From Octopus vulgaris (lineage: Eukaryota), in assembly GCA_951406725.2 (NCBI GenBank), contig OX597831.1, positions 1,922,001-1,986,000 on the forward strand: 64,000 nt of DNA, read 5' to 3'. The notes beneath the pieces were generated by a model. The model did not search any database. It was not told where the DNA came from and saw nothing but the letters and a program-made list of their open reading frames with translations. Numbering within the stretch: position 1 is the stretch's first letter; every line of letters begins with the position of its first letter. Positions 39,073 to 48,700 of this stretch are shown one piece after another. Both the position numbers and the translations under genes were made by a program.

Positions 39073-40498
39073 ATTATTCTACAATATCCTTTTCCAGATG
39101 CTTGGACCAGCGAAGAAGAGCTGTACTTGAGTTACCACGGCAACTCTTCAGCTCTGAAGAAGCCAACCACTGATGATATCAGTGAGGCAGAGATGGATTC
39201 TTGTAATGGAATTGATGCTGTCAGCTTCAGTTCTTCGTCGTCTGCATCTGCAGACGCAGCTCAGACACCAGATAGTATTACAGTGGGGTGCGTTACAGAG
39301 GACAATGTTAGAAGAAGCCGTGATGACGACAACATTGGTAATACTCCCCACCACCCCTCTACCCCGGCCCGCACTGTACAGAAGGGTCCCGAGAAGCAAC
39401 AACAGACTGATAAACCAGCCCAGCTTTCATTGGTTATTCCAAACACAGGTAATATCATCAGCATCATCATCACCACCACCATCATCTTCATCATCATCAC
39501 AATCATTCCACCTCCTCATTCTTATCATTGTCATTATCACAGCCATCATCTTCATCATCACTGTCATCATCACGATCGTTCCACCTCCTTCTTATCATTG
39601 TCGTCATCACAGCCATCATCTTCAGCATCACTATCATCATCATCATTGTCATAATAGTCATCATGATGATCCCTACACTTCTCCTCCTCTCCCCACATCA
39701 TCATCATCATCATCATAAAATGTTTATTAGGGTTTATGACTGGGTGGTTAAGAAGTTTGCTTTGCAACCATGTGGGGATAGGTTTGCTAACACTACATGC
39801 AACTTTGAGCAGGGGTCTTCGTCCACTGGCTTTAGTTGACCAGTGCCTTGAAATCCGAAATTGATTGGTGGAAACTGTGCAAAACCCATTGCACATGCAC
39901 ACACATATATGATGAATGCTGGTGTGTGTGTGTGTGTGTACATATATGTATGTATATATATACATACATATGTATGTATGTATGTATGTATATGTGTGTA
40001 TATATATATATGGTAGGCATACATACATACATACATATATGTACATACCTACATCTATATGTATATATACATGCTTATATATATATATATATATGAGTAC
40101 AGGACACCACAAATAAACGTAGAACACGGAAACAAAAACATAAAAACAAACAGTGGACTTTTTTTAACAATTACAAGACAAACGATACAATATATATGTG
40201 GAGGGCAATGGCCCAGTGGGCATTCACGGTTGTAGGATCACGGTTTCGATTCCCAAACTGGGCGTTGTGAGTGTTTATTGAGCAAAAACGCCTAAAGCTC
40301 CACGAGGCTCTGGCAGGGGGGGTGGTGGCGATCCCTGCTGTACTCTTTCGCAACAACTTTCTCTCACTCTTTCTTCTGTTGGCCTGCTCGCTTAGCCAGC
40401 GAGGTGGCGTCATTTGAAGGCTAAAACAATGCGAAGCACTTTGTGACCGGTGATGTGTAACAACATCTGATAGCCTGGTCGGTCAAGGTGATCATGGT

Positions 40499-40542
<44 letters not shown>

Positions 40543-43500
40543 TATGTATACATATGCGTGTGCATGTATTTATAACTATTAACTATATACACATTTCTGG
40601 ATTAAAGATATGTTAAATTAATCATACCTTATTTCCGTCATCAGTATAGTATTCCTATTATAAATTTGAGAGCACTAGTAATTAAGATATCCATTGAATC
40701 AAGCGCCATCAAACAAAATTAATATCCAAAAACCAGTACTTCCAAATTTTTGTTCGATGGTGCTTGGTTGAATAGATATCTTAATTGCTAGTTCTCTCAA
40801 ATTTATAATTGAAATACTACACTGATGATGGAAATACTATACTGATGCCTGTGTGAATTGTGAGTATTGCTATCTTGGGAGATATCTTATGGTAGTAGAA
40901 GAGTATTTAACTGCTATTTCTAAATTTCGGTATGTGGTGAACCAATTTAGCTAAATCCTAATTATGATTATGTTAATAATTTTAAAATTTTTGTAAAAGT
41001 TTATCGATAATGGTTCTTTTAACTTACCGAACTACTTGGTAAGATTATTAATTATAAATTGATTAATTAATTTTACCCTTTATTATTATTGATTATATAT
41101 GTATGTATATATATATAAAAATATATATGTATATATATATGTATGTATGTATATATGTATGTATGTATATATATATGTATGTATATATGTATGTATATAT
41201 ATATGTATGTATATATGTATGTATATATATGCATGTATATATGTATGCATATATATATGTATGTATATATGTATGTATATATATATATATGTATGTATAT
41301 ATGTATGTATATATGTATATATATATATATGGATATATGGCTGTGTGGTTAGGGAGCTTGCTTCCTAGCTACATGGTTTCGGGTTCAGTCCCACTGCGCG
41401 GCACTTTGGGTAGGTGTCTTCCACTATAGCCTCGAGCCGACCGAAGCTTTGTGATTGAATTCGGTAGGTGGAAGTTACTGCCGTGTGTGTATGTGTGCAT
41501 ATAGCTGCTCAGTGCCTCTCCGAAAGAGAGAGAGAGAGAGGGTATATATATATATATATATGTATGTATATATATATATGTATATATGTATGTATATATA
41601 TATATATGTATATTTATATGTATGTATATATATATATATGTATATTTATATGTATATATGTATATTTATATGTATGTATATATATATGTATATATATATA
41701 TATGTATATTTATATGTATATATGTATATTTATATGTATGTATATATATATGTATATATATATATATATATGTGTATATGTATATGTGTATATGTATATA
41801 TATGCATATGTGTATGTATATATATGTGTGTGTATATATATGTATGTATATATGTGTGTGTGTATGCAGGTATGTATATAAATATATGTGTGTATATATG
41901 TTTGGATTGAAACAGTTTGATTCAAATCCATTGGTTCTCTTGAGTTTCAAGGGCAATGCTAGTCATCAGCTATTTTCAATTTGAATGGCTGATGACTAGC
42001 ATCATGCTTGAAACTCAAGAGTACCAATGAATTTTGAATCAAACTGTTTTGATCCATACATGTAACTCCCAATAAATTGATTGTGTGCCCTTCTTTTGTG
42101 TCCACTCACTCATATATGTATGTATGTATATAAATATATGTATATATATGTGTATACACATGTATATGTATATATATGTGTGTGTGTGTGTGTGTATATC
42201 TATGTACATATATATATGTATGTATATATACAGGGTGCGATGGGTAAATTGTCGCCATTTTATATTTTTAATTTCGCATGTGTGCATTGTTTGTTTTTGA
42301 CTTTATCGACTACACAGTATAGTAGGGTCAGTTGGGCACTATGATTCAATTCACTCTACCAGAAATTTGGAAACAACATGCGGTACTGCTTGGCATTCAT
42401 GCTAGATGCACCAGTACAAACATTTCAGAGTGTTTGGATGTCAATCTGAGGACATGTACCAAGAGTGATAAAAATCAAACATCCAGTCAATATCATGGTA
42501 TTTGGAGTGATCACTCATGATGGCAAAACTATATGCCTCCATTTATCTGCCCACACGGCCTCACACTCAACATGGAGGCCTACATCAAGTTCCTGGAGGA
42601 GGTAGTGCTGCCCTGGGTCAAGAAGGTGGCTACTGGAAGACCATATGTCTGGCAACAGGACTTTGCACCATGCCACACAAGCAAGAAAACCCAGTCATGG
42701 CTGTCAGACAATTTCTACAACTACATCCCCCATAACATTTGGCCACCTAACTCCCCAGACTGCAACCCCCTTGATTATTATGTGTGGGGTTTAGTTGAAC
42801 AAGGGACCAACAAAACACCTTATAATGCCAATGATGAACTGAAGGCAAGGATTATGGCAGCATTTACCAAGTTAAACAAGACCATCCAGAAGAGTTGCAG
42901 GAGATTCCAAAGTCATCTGGAGGCTGTGGTTGAAACTAATGATGAGTTTATTGAATAAATTTATTCTTTAGTATTTCAAGATATTTTTATGGAATTTTGG
43001 TAAATGTATCTGTTAAAATGAGATGACTGATATTTTCATTTTTGCATAATTTAGACAACAGTTTATTCAGATGGTGTTTTTAAATTAAATTTCATTATTC
43101 TCTTTAACCCACGCAGCACCAGTTATTTCTACTAGTAATTATATATATATGTACATGTGTGTATATATCTATGTATATGTATATAGAATTTTGTGTGTAT
43201 GTGTCTGTGTGTGTATCCCACCACTGCTTGACAAATGATGTAGTTTGTTTACATCCTTGTAACTTAGTGATTCAGCAAAAGAGATCAATAGATTGACTAC
43301 CAAGCTTTAGAAAATAAGTACCGGAATCAATTTGTTCAACTAAAACCCTTCAGTGAAGTGCCCCAGCATGGTCGCAGTCCAATAACCGAAATAAGTAAAT
43401 GATAGGTTCTCTCTCCCTCTCTCTCTCTCTCGTTCATTTTCTCTTTTATTTTTAATATTGTAATCTCCTTACATTTCAGACACCACCATAGGTTATTGTT

Positions 43501-44165
43501 CCCCAAATGGATTAGTTCCAACTTCCTGTTCATCTGCAGAAAATGGACATTTCGGTGTTTTGAAACTTGATGATTCCAGGAATAACCAAAATTATTCCCG
43601 TTCCTCCCCAAACAATCTTCGAGTACAACGTCCTTGTAAGTGAAATTTTTTGTTGTATTTCTTTAACAATTTGGTTATTTTTAATAACTTAAAAAATATT
43701 TTAACATATGGTAAATTCTTTAGTGAAATTTTTCATATAATGCCTATTATTTAATTCAAATTGGTATTTTAAAGAAAATGTTATTTTCGGTGGACTGATT
43801 GAGAATTGAACCATAGTCCTTGTTCATTGTTGTATATTTCAGCTAACAGCTACTCAGTTTCAACCTCAACTGCAACCGTCACAATTTCTCCATCTCGGGT
43901 TCGGCAGATCAGTGATCCAATACTGCAGATGTTGCATCCATTGCACAAGATTATCTACATCACACAGGTAATTATGGATATGTAGCTGTGTGGTAAGAAG
44001 CTTGCTTCCCAACCACATGGTTCTAGGTTCAGTCCCATAGTGTGGCACTTTAGGCAAGTGTTTTCTACTGTAGCCTCAGGCTGACCAAAGCCTCGTGAGT
44101 GGATTTGGTAGACGGAAACTGAAAGGAGCCTGTCATGTGTGTGTGTGCATGTGTGTGTGTGTGCG

Positions 44166-44197
<32 letters not shown>

Positions 44198-45705
44198 AGT
44201 GTGCATGTCTGCGACTTTGTGTTTATCCCCCTGTCACCACCTGACAACCAGTGTTGGTATGTTTTGCATCCCTGTAACTTAGTGGTTCAGTAAAAGAGAC
44301 CAATAGAATAAGTACCAGGCTTAACAAAAAAAAGTAAGTACTGGTGTTGATTCCTTCGACTAAAAAATTCTTCAAGGCAGTGCCCCAGCATGGCCGCAGT
44401 TTAATGATTGAAACAGATAAAAGATAAAGATGTGCTTCTGTGTGCCTGGGGGTGTGTCTGTGCAGTTTAATGAAGTGTAGTTACTTGGTCTACTCTTTTA
44501 CTCTTTTACTTGTTTCAGTCATTTGACTGTGGCCATGCTGGAGCACCGCCTTTAATCGAGCAACTCGACCCCGGGATATTCTTTTGTAAGCCTAGTACTT
44601 ATTCTATCGGTCTCTTTTGCCGAACCACTAAGTAACGGGGACATAAACACACCAGCATCGGTTGTCAAGCAATGCTAGGGGGACAAACACAGACACACAA
44701 ACACACACACGCATATATACATATATATACATATATAAGACAGGCTTCTTTCAGTTTCCGTCTACCAAATCCACTCACAAGGCATTGGTCGGCCCGGGGC
44801 TATAGCAGAAGACACTTGCCCAAGATGCCATGCAGTGGGACTGAACCTGGAATCATGTGGTTGGTAGGCAAGCTACTTACCACACAGCCACTCCTGCACC
44901 TGTGTATATCAATTACGCATGACATAATGTTTAGTGATGACATTACAGTTTTTCTCTCCATGGTAAAAATAACCATAAATCTAGAAAAATAACGTTATTC
45001 ATGATTTTAAATTAGTCCTTAAACTACAATTATCTTTAATGGTGTTTCTTTTCTTCTTTCAGCTTCCACCACCTCTACAACCAAATGGAAGGCGTCGGAT
45101 TATTGAACAGTTTAAAAGAGCTCTCTTTTCTCCACAGAGTACATCTGATAGTCTGAAGAAGGAGCTTAATAAGGTTAAATAACTCCCTTTCATAAACAGT
45201 GTTATTGCTTCTCTTATATGTGTATTACTCAGACAGTGTGATTAAAGTATCAAATTATTTAAATGCTTTGAAATGTCATATAACACAACAGTGCGTCCTT
45301 GGATTTATCTACTCTGACAATACAGATAGACATTTATACATCCCAACATTTCATCATGGTCATCATCATCATCATTGATTTAATGTCCACCTTTGCTATA
45401 CTTGCTCGGACCAAATAGAATTTGTTAGATATTTTATGGCCGGATGTCCTTCGTGTTGCCAACACTCACCTGTTTCCAAGCAAGATGATATTTCCTCTCG
45501 ACCAGAGATACTCTTTACTCTTTTTACTGTTTCAGTCATTTGACTGCGGCCATGCTGGAGCACTGCCTTTAGTCGAGCAAGTCGACCCTAGTACTTATTC
45601 TGTCGGCCTCTTTTGCCGAACCGCTAAGTTATGGGGATGTAAACACATCAGCATCGATTGTCAAGCGATGTTGGGGGGGGGATAAACACAGACACACAAA
45701 CATAT

Positions 45706-45762
<57 letters not shown>

Positions 45763-48700
45763 CGATGGGCTTCTTTCAGTTTCCGTCTACCAAATCCACT
45801 CACAAGGCTTTGGTTGGCCCGAGGCTATAGTAGGAGACACTTGCCCAAGGTGCCAACAGTGGGACTGAACCTGGAACCATGTGGTTGGTAAGCAAGCTAC
45901 TTACCACGCAGCCATTCCTGCGTGACATTTTTATTCACGAGAAACTGAAAATAAAACAACATTGCTTGTCTGATGCTGATGCTCATTGACAACCACCACT
46001 TAATGTCAAAACAGAAGTGGCACACACACGCACGCACACACACACATGCGCATGCACACACACACACACATAGGATTGGCTTCTTTCAGTTTCCATCTAA
46101 ACTCCATTCACAAGGCTTGCCAAAGGTGCTGCCCAGTGGGAGCAAGGTTACATACAGCCTTTCTGGAATTATTAAAACAAAGATCTAACCTTCTGTCCAT
46201 CTATCAATATATCTACCTCTCTATCCTTTTAGTAATATATCTATTTGTCTATCTATCTATCTATCTATCTACCTATCTATCTATATATATAAAGGGAAAG
46301 TTTACGAAAATAAACAAAAGACGAAGGCAGGTGGAGTACAAACAAACAAATGTATTAGTATAGCGCTCAGGAATAGAAAAAGTCTTTTACATTTCGAGCC
46401 TACGCTCTTCGACAGAAAGACACACAGAAAAAAACAAGGAAAGAAAAAAATGCGTGTAGGAGCTAACGATCTATCATATGTTGACATTATCTTTGTATTT
46501 CTCTATCCTTCTATCTATTCTGACAGTGCAGTAAAGTTAATCATTAAAACCTGTAACTGTAACTAAACTTATTGCTCATTGTCTCCCATAGTCCCCTGTT
46601 ATATGGCATTTAAATGTCACTGCTTAGATGCTATATCCACACTGTGCTTATACAAATTCTTTGATTACAATATAATGAAGCATTTAGTTTCATCTGTTTG
46701 TGTTCTGTGTTTGAACTCTGATAAGATCAACCTTACCTTCGTTTCCACCAGGGCCAGTACCAATATTAAGTATGTGTGACATGATGTGTGAACAATTTAT
46801 TATATATAATCATCAGTTTAATGCTTATTTTACCATGCTTGCATAGATCAGAAAGAATTTGTTGAGGTAGATTGTCTATGGCTGGATGCCCTTCCTGTTG
46901 CCAACATTTACCTGTTTCCAAGCTAGGTAATATTTCTCCATGGCTGGACACGTTTTCAAGGAAAACTGGAAATAGCATGTGATACAAAGACAATGAGAGA
47001 GAGACACACACACACATACATATGTGCATGTGCGCACAACAGGAATATTTCAGTCTTTGTCTACTGAATCTACACACAAGGCTTCAATCAACCTGGCACC
47101 ATAGTAGAAGACCTCTGCCCAAGATGCCATGCAGAGGGATTAACTCCAAAACCACGTTATTAGGAAGCAAAAATCTCCTTAACCACACAGTGTTGGCACC
47201 AAGGGCATTCAGCCAGAGAAAACCAGTTTCAATGAATTCTGTCTTAATCATGCAACCATGAAAAAGTGTCTTTTAAAATGATGATATATACAAAGACACA
47301 TATGTGTATGTTTGCAATATGTCACTAATTCACATGAATATTGTTCTTTTAATAAGTTTCTCCTGTTTATCCATATCCAGCTACTGACTGGTTCCCAAGA
47401 AGTGATTGACCTGGCATATGGACTCAGTGACAGTGGATTCCAAAGACCCAGCTGTTTAACTCTTTTAGAACCAAGTAACATGGATGATAATGATCCAAAC
47501 AACATGTCAGGTAACATATCAATATTCATACATACATGTTTGTATCTACTACTACTACTATTACTACTAATAATAATAATAATACCACCACCACCATTAC
47601 TACTACTACTATTTTCTACAACCAGAAGACCTCCCTCATCTGTTTGATGCCAGTCATCATCTGTTTCCAAGTGAGGTCTCAGCTGGTCAAGCAACAAATA
47701 GCTCAGACATGCTTTCATGGTGGACAACTTGCAAACAGATGCGAAGATGAGACAAAACACAAACCAACCCACTCACACAAATACACATGCAGATATATAT
47801 ATATATACATACATATATACATATGTTTGTGTACACATACACACACATATGTATATAAATGTGCTGAGAAGCAGGATGTGTAAGAGCAATGTTCAAACTC
47901 AGTAGTGGATTCCGCACACCACTCTGATATCCAGTGAAGTCTAATGTGGGGCATCAAACCATGAGATAGAATACAAGCCATGCAATAGAGTTTTCTGCAA
48001 TTTATTAATAACACACACACACACACATGTACATATATGTATGATGGGCTTCTTTCAGTTTCCATTTACCAAATCTGTACAAAATCCTCTGATTGACTCT
48101 GCACTTACAGCAGAAGACACTTGCCCAAAGTATCAATGAGAGGCACTGAACCTAAAGCCACATGGTTGGAAAGTTACTTTCTTAAGCACACAACTATGTT
48201 TGTGCCTAATAATAATTTTATTTATATACTAACAGTATCGCCCGGCATTGCTCGGGTTTGTAAGGGAAATAACTATATAAGCATTTTTAGAGAGTTACTT
48301 CCCTTATATAAGCCGAGCAAAAATCAATAAAAATGCAGAAAAATGATGGTAAATTTTTTTTTAAATCGTAGACTCATTGTAGACACACGCTAATACCCAG
48401 AAGGTATAAGATACGCGCTTTTGGTTAAACTGCACCGCAAAATGTGGGAGTAGTTAGGAATCTAAATCGGAGGAGACAGAGTCTCACACACACAACTTCA
48501 ATTTTATATATAAAGATTTATGTCTTTCGAAGCAAGACAATATTTCCCATTGGCCAGACATGTGTTTCATATAAGACTGGAAACAAATGTCATCTATATT
48601 ATAGCACTCATTTACAGCCAACATGTTATGGCAAGACATAAGTGCACACACACACACACACACACACATATATGGCAGGCTTCCATACAGTTTCCATCTA

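Noticed and set aside
38007-39718. Long ORFs (187, 256, 181 aa) with poly-Ile/Ser/His
   Set aside because: Only 38235-38340 and 39098-39448 are bounded by splice sites; the rest is (CAT)n repeat.
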